Below, piece after piece: positions 46,857 to 56,883 of a DNA stretch of 64,000 nt. How positions within the stretch are numbered: the first letter of the stretch is position 1; the number at the start of each line of letters is the position of its first letter. The notes below the pieces were generated by a model, which was not told the DNA's origin, made no database searches, and was given only the letters and a program-made list of their open reading frames with translations. The stretch lies in the IMG/VR virus record IMGVR_UViG_3300027730_000005; one strand, written 5' to 3'. A program made the position numbers and the translations under genes. Source of the DNA: a virus. Lineage: Duplodnaviria; Caudoviricetes.

Positions 46857-47630
46857 ATGGACACTATGAAAATTGTAATCGTTACAGGTGGATTTGACCC
46901 CTGTCATTCCGGACACCTTGCCTACTTCAAAGCAGCCCGCACCCTGGGCAATTGGCTAATTGTAGGTGTTAACTCTGACGCATGGCTTACTCGTAAAAAA
47001 GGTAGGCCATTCATGCCTTTGAGCGAACGTGTTGCACTGGTAAGCAATCTTGCCATGGTAGATGAAGTTGTTACCTACGATGACTCAGATGGTTCAAGTT
47101 CAGATGCTATCCGGGTAGTTCGTGCCAGATATCCCAATTCTGATATTGTGTTTGCCAATGGCGGTGATAGAACACAAGAAAACATTCCCGAAATGAGTGT
47201 GCAAGATTCCCGCTTGGAGTTTGCATTTGGTGTAGGTGGTGAAGACAAAAAGAATAGCAGCAGTTGGATCTTGGAAGAATGGAAAAAACCCAAAACAGAT
47301 CGTGCGTGGGGATATTATCGTGTTCTGCACGAAGTTGGACCACATGTCAAACTCAAAGAACTAACGGTGATGCCCGGGCAACGACTCAGTATGCAACGTC
47401 ATGAAAAACGTGCTGAGTTTTGGTTTGTAGCCGAAGGTGAAGCTACTGTATACACAGTAGATCCATACAGCACAGACTATGATTTACTGGCCAGACCTGC
47501 TCGGCATCAACATACCTGGATTCGACTAGGAGAATGGCATCAGCTATGCAACGAAACTGATCAATTGCTTAAACTAATTGAAATCCAATATGGTGAAGAT
47601 TGCATAGAAGAAGATATTCATCGCAAATGA
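46857..47630 (+). CDS. Cytidylyltransferase-like domain fused to a mannose-6-phosphate-isomerase-type cupin
   Basis: TGGFDPCHSGH, GVNSD, FANGGDR, RAWGYY, LSMQRH..RAEFW, IEIQYG. Confidence 0.85.
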   Translation: MDTMKIVIVTGGFDPCHSGHLAYFKAARTLGNWLIVGVNSDAWLTRKKGRPFMPLSERVALVSNLAMVDEVVTYDDSDGSSSDAIRVVRARYPNSDIVFANGGDRTQENIPEMSVQDSRLEFAFGVGGEDKKNSSSWILEEWKKPKTDRAWGYYRVLHEVGPHVKLKELTVMPGQRLSMQRHEKRAEFWFVAEGEATVYTVDPYSTDYDLLARPARHQHTWIRLGEWHQLCNETDQLLKLIEIQYGEDCIEEDIHRK

Positions 47631-48319
47631 AAAACATCATACCAGTGTTTGTAGGGTACGATCCTAGAGAAGCTATTGCATATCACACCTGTGTGAATTC
47701 AATCATACGCAACAGTAGCAAACCTGTGGCCATTATACCATTAGCATTGAATCTTTTTAAAGATTATTCTGAAACACACACTGATGGATCTAATCATTTT
47801 ATATACACACGTTTCCTAGTACCGCATTTGATGCAATATCGTGGCCATGCTATCTTTATAGATGGTGATATGATTGTGCGTGGAGATATTGCCGAGTTAT
47901 GGGAATTGCAAAACAGTTACATGGATGTGCAAGTTGTCAAACACAATTACGAAACACGCATGACTGAAAAGTACCTTGGCAGCAAAAACGAAAACTATCC
48001 ACGCAAAAACTGGAGCAGTGTGATGTTGTGGAACTGCAATAGTTTTCCCAATCGTAAACTAACTCCAGAATTCATTGAAAAATCTACTGGTGCCGAACTG
48101 CATAGATTTACCTGGCTTGATGATGACCGCATAGGGGAATTACCTGCTGAATGGAATTGGTTGGATGTAGAATACGAATATAATCCATCGGCAAAATTAG
48201 TTCACTTCACACTAGGAACTCCTTGTTTTCATGAATTTGCCAATCAAGGCAATTTCTCAAATGAATGGCATCGAGAACGTATCTTCACTGAACACTGTCA
48301 ACAGAGAGATATTGCATGA
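47627..48319 (+). CDS. GT-A fold glycosyltransferase (GT8-like)
   Basis: VGYDPRE, TRFLVP, FIDGDM, NWSSVM, EWNWL, HFTLG. Confidence 0.8.
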   Translation: MKNIIPVFVGYDPREAIAYHTCVNSIIRNSSKPVAIIPLALNLFKDYSETHTDGSNHFIYTRFLVPHLMQYRGHAIFIDGDMIVRGDIAELWELQNSYMDVQVVKHNYETRMTEKYLGSKNENYPRKNWSSVMLWNCNSFPNRKLTPEFIEKSTGAELHRFTWLDDDRIGELPAEWNWLDVEYEYNPSAKLVHFTLGTPCFHEFANQGNFSNEWHRERIFTEHCQQRDIA

Positions 48320-48987
48320 CTATTGATAGTAAAAACTTTGATATAGATTGTTTACATTCGGCTCAAGTCATTGACTGTAATAACAAAAGCAAACGTCCCC
48401 AGCGGCACAGTCATTTAAATCATGCACTACAAAAAGTCAAACTAGCTGGTCATGTGATGGAATTTGGAGTATATCAAGGCACCACACTGAAAATTATCTC
48501 AGATTATTTTTGCAATCAAACTGTGTGGGGATTTGATAGTTTTGAAGGATTACCTGAACCTTGGTTTATGAAAAGTTCGCAATCAGGGCCTCGACACCCA
48601 ACTGGAAAATTTGCATTGGACAAAGAAGAACTGCTATTTGTTGCAAACCAGTTTGCGAAAAGAAACGTAAAATTAATACCTGGATGGTTTAATCAGTCTA
48701 TAGTTCCTTGGATGAACACCAATCCCGGAGCAGTATCATTCTTACATATAGATTGTGATCTATACAGTAGTACACTAGACATATTAACTTTGTTGAATGA
48801 TCGTATTGTTCCTGGTACTGTGATAGTGTTTGATGAGATGTATCCTTGGAATAATTTTGATCAATACGATCTCTGGGAACAAGGTGAATTTCGAGCATTA
48901 AGCGAATGGATTAGTAATCATCAACGTACTTTTCGCACATTGTATCGCAGCCAACATCAACAATGCAGCATTGAGGTAATATCATGA
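48316..48987 (+). CDS. TylF/MycF-like O-methyltransferase
   Basis: EFGVYQG, GFDSFEGLP, HIDCDLYSS, VFDE. Confidence 0.85.
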   Translation: MTIDSKNFDIDCLHSAQVIDCNNKSKRPQRHSHLNHALQKVKLAGHVMEFGVYQGTTLKIISDYFCNQTVWGFDSFEGLPEPWFMKSSQSGPRHPTGKFALDKEELLFVANQFAKRNVKLIPGWFNQSIVPWMNTNPGAVSFLHIDCDLYSSTLDILTLLNDRIVPGTVIVFDEMYPWNNFDQYDLWEQGEFRALSEWISNHQRTFRTLYRSQHQQCSIEVIS

Positions 48988-49796
48988 GCAGTTGGGTTTT
49001 TCTCAGCAAAGGCGGCCAGGACGAGTATGTAAACATGCTGGCCCACAGTGCAAAAATGAAATCAACAGATAGCGATTACTTTGATTATCATTATGATGTA
49101 GCAATAGACCGTAATCAGCTGGTTCTGCGTGGCATTCTCAAACACAAGATAATGAAACAATGCCTAGCCGATGGCAACAATTTTTACTATATGGATTCAG
49201 GATATGTCGGAAACAATCTAAGTAGAAAAAACATTCAAGGCATCAAGCAATATCATAGGATTGTGCTCAATGACTTGCAGCATCGGACTATTCGTCAACG
49301 TCCTAGCGATAGATGGGATTTACTGGGTATTACCCCAGATGCTCGACGATCAGGATATAAAATTATAGTAGCAGCACCAGATGAAAAACCTTGCAGGTAT
49401 TATGGCATTGATCAGCAACAATGGATTCAAGATACTGTGGCTGAAATCAAAAAGCATACAGATCGTCCAGTGGAAGTTCGTGAACGTGCAGCATTGCGCA
49501 TAGATAGAGTAATGAATCAACCGTTGAGTCAGGTTTTGACACAAGATGTGCATGCGTTGGTAACATTTAACAGTGTTGCAGCAGTAGAAAGCATATTGTC
49601 CGGTGTTCCTGCATTTGTCATGGCACCCAGTCATGTGGCAGAACCAGTGGCCAATCGAGAGTTATCTAAGATAGAAAATCCTTTTTATCCAGATCAAGAC
49701 TTGTTGATGGCGTGGTGCCACAGCATGGCATATGGACAATATCATGTGCGCGAATTAAAAAATGGTATAGCATTTAGAATGATGCAAGAAATATGA
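48984..49796 (+). CDS. Capsule-polysaccharide (KpsS/KpsC-like) GT-B protein
   Basis: YMDSGY, VEVRER, VTFNSVAAVESILSGVPAF. Confidence 0.6.
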   Translation: MSSWVFLSKGGQDEYVNMLAHSAKMKSTDSDYFDYHYDVAIDRNQLVLRGILKHKIMKQCLADGNNFYYMDSGYVGNNLSRKNIQGIKQYHRIVLNDLQHRTIRQRPSDRWDLLGITPDARRSGYKIIVAAPDEKPCRYYGIDQQQWIQDTVAEIKKHTDRPVEVRERAALRIDRVMNQPLSQVLTQDVHALVTFNSVAAVESILSGVPAFVMAPSHVAEPVANRELSKIENPFYPDQDLLMAWCHSMAYGQYHVRELKNGIAFRMMQEI

Positions 49797-50758
49797 GAGT
49801 TATAAGTTACACAGCAACCTTGCCCAGAAAAGAGCAGTACACTGCCGAGGGTCTAAAAAATGCCACTGACAAAGTCAACACATTAACGTATTTTGCTCAA
49901 GGAGTAAATGCGCAAGGTGACCAAGGTATTGTTGAATCTAACATGGTTTATCAACCCAGTGAAGTAGCAGTTATATTAGGATGGGTACACGAGCACGGCA
50001 AGACTGCTGCACATTTGCAATTTCGTCAAGAAATTCTTGATGGGCAACGTGAATCTGGTGGTAGGACTATTATAGCAGACAGCAATCTATTCCTGTATAA
50101 AAACAAACAAAATCCCGGATATTGGTTACGTTACAGCTACGATGGTATATTTGCCAACACTGGTGAATACTGTAATCAAACTCCTAATCCTTTTAGATGG
50201 GATCAAATTCAACAACATTCAGGATTAGATTTAAAGCCCTGGAGAACCAATGGAAATCATATCTTGTTGTGTTTGCAACGTGATGGTGGATGGAGCATGG
50301 GCGGGTGGGATGTAATAGATTGGGCTATCAAGACCATAGTTGAAATACGCAAGTACAGTGATCGACCCATACGCATTCGTCCACATCCAGGAGACAAACG
50401 TGCATCAAAGTATTGTGATCGATTATTAAAATTATGTCAAGGACGTCGTTTAATCAACATTGAAATAAGTCAATCAACATCATCGTTAATGCAGGATTTT
50501 GTTAATTGTTGGGCAGTTGTAAATCATAACTCCAGCCCAGGTGTGGCAGCAGTAATAGAAGGTATTCCTGTGATACTAACAGATGCAGAACGTAGCCAAG
50601 CACGTGATGTGGCCACAGTAGGTCTACATTTTATAGAGAATCCAGCAATGCCTGATCGTCAGACCTGGATAGAACGCATCAGTCAGTTTCATTGGAGCCA
50701 TGCAGAACTACAGTCAGGTGCGTGTTGGCAACACATGAAGAAATGGGCAAAAAAATGA
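49793..50758 (+). CDS. Capsule-polysaccharide (KpsS/KpsC-like) GT-B protein
   Basis: IRIRPHP, VVNHNSSPGVAAVIEGIPV, QFHWS. Confidence 0.6.
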   Translation: MRVISYTATLPRKEQYTAEGLKNATDKVNTLTYFAQGVNAQGDQGIVESNMVYQPSEVAVILGWVHEHGKTAAHLQFRQEILDGQRESGGRTIIADSNLFLYKNKQNPGYWLRYSYDGIFANTGEYCNQTPNPFRWDQIQQHSGLDLKPWRTNGNHILLCLQRDGGWSMGGWDVIDWAIKTIVEIRKYSDRPIRIRPHPGDKRASKYCDRLLKLCQGRRLINIEISQSTSSLMQDFVNCWAVVNHNSSPGVAAVIEGIPVILTDAERSQARDVATVGLHFIENPAMPDRQTWIERISQFHWSHAELQSGACWQHMKKWAKK

Positions 50759-51504
50759 TACAAGTAATAACCAGTTTTAATCAACTTTACCACGATCTAA
50801 TTGGTAAAGATTCGGTCAGCAGTTTTCTAGAACATTGGCCTGCCAATCTCAAATTGACCTGTTATGTAGAAGGATTTCAATTGCCCAATAATGATCGTGT
50901 TGTTCAGATTGAATTTTCTAAATTAGATCCAGACTATGATCAATATCAACTGGATACTTCGTTGAATCAAAGCATGAAAAAGTTTGCCAAGAAAGCCTAC
51001 AGTTTCATGCATGCCATGCATCACAGTACTGCTGAATGGATTGTGTGGTTAGATGCTGATGTAATCACTGTGAAATCATTGCCAATTGAACTATTACAAA
51101 GAGTATTATGTCCAGATCATCTAGCCATGTACATGGGTGTAACATACTTCACCGACAAGAGTGGAAATCCAGGCCAATGGTTAGTTCCTGAGACTGGAGT
51201 GTTTGCAGTGAATACTCGACACAAAGATTTTGCTGCGTTTAGAGCAGAGTATTGTAGACGTTATCACGATCGTGATTATGCAGATCTACGTAGATACTAT
51301 GACAATGATGTGTTTGGTGCTGCCTTGTTGGCAGTGCCTAATGCTGCTGTATTAGATCTATGCGCAGGATTTACAAAAAGTTACAAAACTCCATTACGTC
51401 ACACTGTGCTAGGTGATCATCTCATACATTACAAGGCCAAACATTCAAAGGCCGAATACGTGCAAGGTGACGTAGATGGTATCTGTGTGGCCGACAACGA
51501 CTGA
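50755..51504 (+). CDS. GT-A fold nucleotide-diphospho-sugar transferase
   Basis: VITSFN, KKAYS, VWLDAD, ETGVF, YDNDVF, HYK. Confidence 0.7.
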   Translation: MIQVITSFNQLYHDLIGKDSVSSFLEHWPANLKLTCYVEGFQLPNNDRVVQIEFSKLDPDYDQYQLDTSLNQSMKKFAKKAYSFMHAMHHSTAEWIVWLDADVITVKSLPIELLQRVLCPDHLAMYMGVTYFTDKSGNPGQWLVPETGVFAVNTRHKDFAAFRAEYCRRYHDRDYADLRRYYDNDVFGAALLAVPNAAVLDLCAGFTKSYKTPLRHTVLGDHLIHYKAKHSKAEYVQGDVDGICVADND

Positions 51505-52323
51505 TTAGCTAGTCCAATACTTTTCGCTTCTAGGACGTATGAGATCTTTGGAATTACTGCGTCCAGTGGTTTTTCTATTGCCTTTGAGGTGGTCTAAATG
51601 TGCTCCCCAAACTGTGTTGATCAGTGGATGACCTTCACCTTGGATCAATCCTTCACTCCAGTTTAATACTTGCCATTCAGGATGTGCAGCTTTGACTTCT
51701 TTACGAGTCTCGTCAAACACCCAGCAATCATTCCATTCAGCCATGGTCATAAGGCGTCCTGAATCATATGCTAATTGAAACTCAGCAAGCCATTTGCGAG
51801 TGATTGGGTTTCGCAGATTCATTCCGTACAACCCACATTCTGAGAACTTCTTTTCTCGTCCTAAGTATGCTAGACCCACATCAGATGGCATTTGCAGCAA
51901 CAAAAATGCTTCATTAAGTCCAGTATGACATATCATATCAGCATCCATCCAAAATAGCACATCAGTTTTGCAGTTGGCAGCAGCATGAAATACAGAATAG
52001 GCTTTGTGGCTGAATCGAATGGCATCCCAGCGGAATCCAAGTCCGGGTGCTTTGCCTTTTTTATCTGTAGGACCAGTTGCTACTTCACCACGAGCTCTGG
52101 GATCCGAACCCCATCGTTGCTTGAACGCAACAATTTCCGGACTTGATGCATGTAGATCTCTCACATGCAAATTACAATCCGATTGTGTGATTGTGCAATT
52201 TTCCGTATACACATACAGATTAACTGCTTTTGGCCAATTTTGTAAAAAAGTATCAATCATTCGGCTGGCGTACTTGTCGTAACCTTCTTGATTGAATGTA
52301 GTAACTACTGCATATTTTGTCAT
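51505..52323 (-). CDS. GT-A fold nucleotide-diphospho-sugar transferase, paralog of 50755-51504
   Basis: VVTTFN, HKAYS, FWMDAD, ECGLY, NDCWVF, HLKG. Confidence 0.72.
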   Translation of the reverse strand: MTKYAVVTTFNQEGYDKYASRMIDTFLQNWPKAVNLYVYTENCTITQSDCNLHVRDLHASSPEIVAFKQRWGSDPRARGEVATGPTDKKGKAPGLGFRWDAIRFSHKAYSVFHAAANCKTDVLFWMDADMICHTGLNEAFLLLQMPSDVGLAYLGREKKFSECGLYGMNLRNPITRKWLAEFQLAYDSGRLMTMAEWNDCWVFDETRKEVKAAHPEWQVLNWSEGLIQGEGHPLINTVWGAHLDHLKGNRKTTGRSNSKDLIRPRSEKYWTS

Positions 52324-52360
52324 GGGAGTCCAGTTTTGAATAACTATTTAACACAATATC

Positions 52361-53203
52361 ATGAACATCAGTATTTTTACTAAATTTGGTGCCCTTAATT
52401 CAGGGCCAGTATTTGAAGCATTTCGCAACGGTTGCAAAAAACATCGTATACGTGTGACTGAGCACAACACATCAGCAGATGTAGCAGTGATCTGGAGTCA
52501 ACTATGGACAGGACGTATGGCTCCTAACAGGGCAATATGGGACGAGTTCTCTGCGTCTGGCCGTCCAGTGATTGTGTTAGAAGTAGGACAATTGAATCGT
52601 GGCGTGACTTGGAAAATGGGTATCAATGGTGTAAATGCTCGTGCCTGGTTCGGCGAAGGGATTGAACCTGGTCGAGCAAAAAAACTAGCAATGCGATTAC
52701 AACCCTGGCATCAAGGCGATCATATCTTGATAGCCATGCAACGCACTGACAGTGAACAATGGGCTGGACTGCCTCCTGCACAACAATGGTTGGATCAGAC
52801 CATTGCCAAGCTGCGTGAACATACTGATCGTGCTATTGTAGTAAGACCTCATCCTAGGCAAAAACTACAACCAAAGATGGGCGTGAAGTTTCAAACACCA
52901 CTGTCGTTGCGTGGAACTTATGATGAATTTGATTTCAGATCAAATTTAAACAATGCCTGGGCGGTGGTTAATGAAAATTCAGGTCCTGGTAGTCAAGCTA
53001 TTATAGATGGTGTGCCGGCATTTGTAGGTGCATACTCAATGGCGGCCCCTGTGGCCAACTTAGACTATGCTCAAATAGAAAAACCACACATGCCTGATAG
53101 AGCAGCGTGGTTAGATGATTTATGTCACACAGAGTGGACTCTGGGAGAGATTGCTACCGGTGCACCAATTGGAAGATTGCTAGGTAGATTGCAGTCTAGC
53201 TAA
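52361..53203 (+). CDS. Capsule-polysaccharide (KpsS/KpsC-like) GT-B protein
   Basis: LEVGQL, VVRPHP, VVNENSGPGSQAIIDGVPAF, HTEWT. Confidence 0.6.
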   Translation: MNISIFTKFGALNSGPVFEAFRNGCKKHRIRVTEHNTSADVAVIWSQLWTGRMAPNRAIWDEFSASGRPVIVLEVGQLNRGVTWKMGINGVNARAWFGEGIEPGRAKKLAMRLQPWHQGDHILIAMQRTDSEQWAGLPPAQQWLDQTIAKLREHTDRAIVVRPHPRQKLQPKMGVKFQTPLSLRGTYDEFDFRSNLNNAWAVVNENSGPGSQAIIDGVPAFVGAYSMAAPVANLDYAQIEKPHMPDRAAWLDDLCHTEWTLGEIATGAPIGRLLGRLQSS

Positions 53204-54157
53204 ATCAGCATCCACCATGCTGCGTATCATAGTGGCAAAATCAGTACGCGGTTTCCATCCTAGTAAATCTCTAGCCGAAGTTGAATCACCACATAGGCTA
53301 TGAAGTTCAGCAGGACGTTTGAATCTAGGATCTGATTTGATCATGGATTGCCAATCATCAATGCCCACATGACCAAATGCAATGTCACATAGTTCTCTGA
53401 TGCTATGCTGTTCACCTGTGGAAATAACGTAGTCTCTGGCTTCTGGTTGTTGCAGCATCAGCCACATGGCTTCTACAAAGTCGCCGGCAAACCCCCAATC
53501 TCGACGTGAATCAAGATTGCCCAATGTAATAGATTTTTCTAATCCTAGTTTGATACGTGCAACCCCGTCAGTTACTTTGCGGGTAACAAACTCACGACCG
53601 CGTAATGGGCTTTCGTGATTGAACAAGATACCTGAGCAAGCATAGAGACTATAACTTTCACGAAAGTTTATGGTCATCCAATGACTATACAGTTTGCTGA
53701 CTCCATACGGGCTGCGGGGGCGGAAAGGTGTAGTTTCTCCTTGCTGCCCAGCTTCTGTGGCGTTACCAAACATTTCACTTGTGCTGGCTTGATAAAACCG
53801 TGCATTGGGGTTGTGAGTACGAATAGAATTGAGCAAATTCAGTACTCCAATTGAGTTCACTTCTGTTGTGAGTTTGTTGAGATCCCAACTTGAACCTACA
53901 AAACTCTGTGCTGCAAGATTATACACTTCAGCAGGTTTAAGAGTTTGCATGAGATGATTCATGTTGTTCTCGTCAGTGATATCTCCAGTGACTAACTCAA
54001 TATCGTTTTCTATCCCTAACCACTTGATATTGTCTAGGTTTGGGTTTGAGTATCGTTTCACAAGGCCATGCACATGATAGCCTTTTTCAACCAATAGCTT
54101 GGCAAGATATGGACCGTCTTGGCCGGTCATGCCTGTTATAAATGCAGTACGTTTCAT
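53180..54157 (-). CDS. gmd: GDP-mannose 4,6-dehydratase
   Basis: ITGMTGQDG, NLAAQSFV, YQASTSE, SPYGVSK, FNHESPLRG, RDWG. Confidence 0.95.
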   Translation of the reverse strand: MKRTAFITGMTGQDGPYLAKLLVEKGYHVHGLVKRYSNPNLDNIKWLGIENDIELVTGDITDENNMNHLMQTLKPAEVYNLAAQSFVGSSWDLNKLTTEVNSIGVLNLLNSIRTHNPNARFYQASTSEMFGNATEAGQQGETTPFRPRSPYGVSKLYSHWMTINFRESYSLYACSGILFNHESPLRGREFVTRKVTDGVARIKLGLEKSITLGNLDSRRDWGFAGDFVEAMWLMLQQPEARDYVISTGEQHSIRELCDIAFGHVGIDDWQSMIKSDPRFKRPAELHSLCGDSTSARDLLGWKPRTDFATMIRSMVDADLARLQST

Positions 54158-54181
54158 AATATTATGTATCACAAACGTCAG

Positions 54182-54634
54182 TCATACTGTAATATCTTCC
54201 ATGCCTGCGGTACGAAGTTTAACCACGTGGCCCATTTGCCATTGTTTGCTGTCTAGACCTTTGAGAATACCCAGCCAACGATTGCGCAAGTATGCCACTT
54301 CGTTAATTATGGTTTCATAATCAATTACTTCATCTTCACCTTCGGCATACTTTTCAGCATCTCTACTGGTAAGTGCGCGAGCATATCCTTCAAGATATTT
54401 CTTGTAATGTTTTCTACGTATCTTGCGCAGTTGTATGTTGAGATAGTTCAACACTGCCTCGACTTCCTGTAGCTGATTAAATCGTTGTTCTGTAATGCCC
54501 GGAAGAGCGGTGATGTTTTTTTCTAAAACACCACGTATCCTACAATCATTTTGAGCTGCTGCTAGTTCGGTTTCGTAGTATGTGATAAAATCTGGAATGG
54601 CTGAAAGATCAGCTACCACACGACTATACCACAT
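54182..54634 (-). CDS. uvsY: Recombination mediator UvsY-like
   Basis: YLEGYARALTSRDAEKYAEGE, KGLDSKQW; located near uvsX. Confidence 0.75.
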   Translation of the reverse strand: MWYSRVVADLSAIPDFITYYETELAAAQNDCRIRGVLEKNITALPGITEQRFNQLQEVEAVLNYLNIQLRKIRRKHYKKYLEGYARALTSRDAEKYAEGEDEVIDYETIINEVAYLRNRWLGILKGLDSKQWQMGHVVKLRTAGMEDITV

Positions 54635-54900
54635 TAGTTTTCCCAGTCGTCGGCGTGATAATCTTCTTCTTCAGCTTCATCATCCTCGTCCTCATAGCTC
54701 TTGTCATTGTCAAGGTATGCTGTTAGAGCACGTTTAATGTCTGAATCACCTTTGAATGCATTTTTGATGTCATCAACATCACAATCATTATCAACCAAGA
54801 TTGCAACTATAGTTTCGGCTGCCTCATTTCGATCGACAGTATTTACATATCTCTTGAGTTCGGACCAGACTTCGCTAGCCACTGCTACTGCTTCATTCAT
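54634..54900 (-). CDS. Hypothetical acidic protein
   Basis: 88-aa ORF coupled on both sides. Confidence 0.7.
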   Translation of the reverse strand: MNEAVAVASEVWSELKRYVNTVDRNEAAETIVAILVDNDCDVDDIKNAFKGDSDIKRALTAYLDNDKSYEDEDDEAEEEDYHADDWEN

Positions 54901-55952
54901 TCTACTGTATCCTCCAGGGTACTTACCTCTTCTTTATGATTTCCAAAGTCTGCCATAGCACGATCCAAGCAGCCGTCCTCATTGGCCTCCCACTTCTTGC
55001 GGAACTTCTTGATGATCTCACCGTCGGTAGTAACAAACACTAAACTATTGCCTTCTTTCTTTAGCAGATTGCGTTTCTCCATGAGATCCACCATACCCGA
55101 ATATGGGCTCATACCTGTTTCATACGGAATCTTGATCTGCACACCTTCAAAGGGCTTGGCATAGCGTGTTTTCATTACCTTGCAGGCAGCACGAATACCC
55201 ATGACATCTGTGATCTTATTGCCGTCTTCATCTTCTTTGAGCTTGAGTTTTTTCATGGCCACAACAATTGAGCTGGCATAGATGAATCCTTGCCCGCCGG
55301 ATATCTTATCATCTGGATCAAACATGTCTTGACTTGCATAAGTGTGATTGGTACAAACCAGTCCCACATTGTATGAACCAAACATGTTCACACAGTTACG
55401 CACCAAACTAGTAAGTGCTTTGGGCTTGCGACCAAGATCACCTTTCATCTCGCCTGCTTCAAACTGATTTACATCAGTGGGTGTAAGCAACATTCCTAGT
55501 GAATCAATTACAAACATAACTTTAGGACGATCAGCATCAGGTAGTGTCTTGTAGTCGCCCATAAATGTGGAGATTGTTTTGGCCACATCGTCAATCATTG
55601 CCATGCTTAGTTTAAGCAATTTTGAATCGCTGGTATCCACACCTAGTGCTTTAAGCCAATCTTCATCCAAAGCATTTTCGCTATCCACTAGCACTACATA
55701 GATGCCCTGTTCTTGTGCGTTCTTGATGATGTTACCAGAACAGATGTAACTTTTACCTGCGCCGGATTCACCAGCAAATACAGTGACCTTGCCCAATGGA
55801 ATACCTCTATTGAAGTCTCCAGAGATCAAATAGTTCAATGCGTAGTTACCTGTGGATACCCAGTCTGTGGGATCGTTAAAACCAATACTCAATCCTTCGA
55901 TTGATTTGGTAATTTCCTTTCGGAACTTGCTTACGTCAAATGGTTTTCCCAT
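54897..55952 (-). CDS. uvsX: RecA-like recombinase UvsX
   Basis: STGNYALN, AGESGAGKS, DSENA, VIDSLG, TNH, SGG. Confidence 0.93.
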   Translation of the reverse strand: MGKPFDVSKFRKEITKSIEGLSIGFNDPTDWVSTGNYALNYLISGDFNRGIPLGKVTVFAGESGAGKSYICSGNIIKNAQEQGIYVVLVDSENALDEDWLKALGVDTSDSKLLKLSMAMIDDVAKTISTFMGDYKTLPDADRPKVMFVIDSLGMLLTPTDVNQFEAGEMKGDLGRKPKALTSLVRNCVNMFGSYNVGLVCTNHTYASQDMFDPDDKISGGQGFIYASSIVVAMKKLKLKEDEDGNKITDVMGIRAACKVMKTRYAKPFEGVQIKIPYETGMSPYSGMVDLMEKRNLLKKEGNSLVFVTTDGEIIKKFRKKWEANEDGCLDRAMADFGNHKEEVSTLEDTVE

Positions 55953-55963
55953 GATAGTTTCTT

Positions 55964-56872
55964 TCAATGTAAAATAATGCTGGCAAAGTTGTTTGCCCGT
56001 GAGTTATTATAAAGTATTTTGCGATACTCTGTCAAGTGTTTGTCTAGACCAATCACATTGGCGATAGGAACTTGTTTGGCCATAGGCCGGCGATTATGCT
56101 GATTGCACCATGCTAGAAATTCTGGACTAAACGCCACAGTCTCAGGCTGTTGTAGATTGAGATTGAAAGAGTATTCTAATGTCTCGTAGTTGTAATGATC
56201 TTGGCAATCAAGATTCATGTCAAAATATTCAAACTTGTTGTAAAGTTGTCGTCCCACATAGGTATATCCAAACGTAAAATTCATCTTGTTTTGATTGGAT
56301 ACCATAGATGTTTGTTGAAATGGATTATCAAACACTTCCCACTTGTCACCAGCATCAAAATTGATATTGTTAGTAAAAATTGATTCCAGTCTATGAACTG
56401 CCATGTTTACATCTTCGTATGGAAAAATGCGTCCAATGTGTTTCATGGCCACTGCTAATCTTGTTTCTACTATTTCGTCAGGAAACTGATCATGCAGTTG
56501 TTCTCCTAGTTTGGCAGCATTTGAGTTTTGACTAAATCTCAAATGATGTACCTGCACTTTATAATTTTGTGAAAATACCCATTCAGCATGTATACGATTA
56601 AGAAAACTTTGATCTAAGTATGTTTCTAAATTATCAGATTGTGGAAAATTGATACCAACAAGGTTATGAAGAACTTCGTTGGTATTTGATAGTGCCCAGT
56701 GAATGTCTGTTAACCCTTTGCTGACTTGTTGTGCTATTTTTTGCTGGTCAGAAAATCTATTTTGATTTTGACTAATTGATTTTTTTACAAAAAATTCAAA
56801 CAACTCATGATTGTACGCAACCTCAAAAGGTATACTGTCACCAGTATTCTCAAATACTAAAGAAAATTTCAT
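55964..56872 (-). CDS. Hypothetical protein, paralog of 39177-40040
   Basis: DQSFLNRIH, VNMAVHRLES, YTYVGRQL. Confidence 0.7.
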   Translation of the reverse strand: MKFSLVFENTGDSIPFEVAYNHELFEFFVKKSISQNQNRFSDQQKIAQQVSKGLTDIHWALSNTNEVLHNLVGINFPQSDNLETYLDQSFLNRIHAEWVFSQNYKVQVHHLRFSQNSNAAKLGEQLHDQFPDEIVETRLAVAMKHIGRIFPYEDVNMAVHRLESIFTNNINFDAGDKWEVFDNPFQQTSMVSNQNKMNFTFGYTYVGRQLYNKFEYFDMNLDCQDHYNYETLEYSFNLNLQQPETVAFSPEFLAWCNQHNRRPMAKQVPIANVIGLDKHLTEYRKILYNNSRANNFASIILH

Positions 56873-56883
56873 AATAGATAGAC

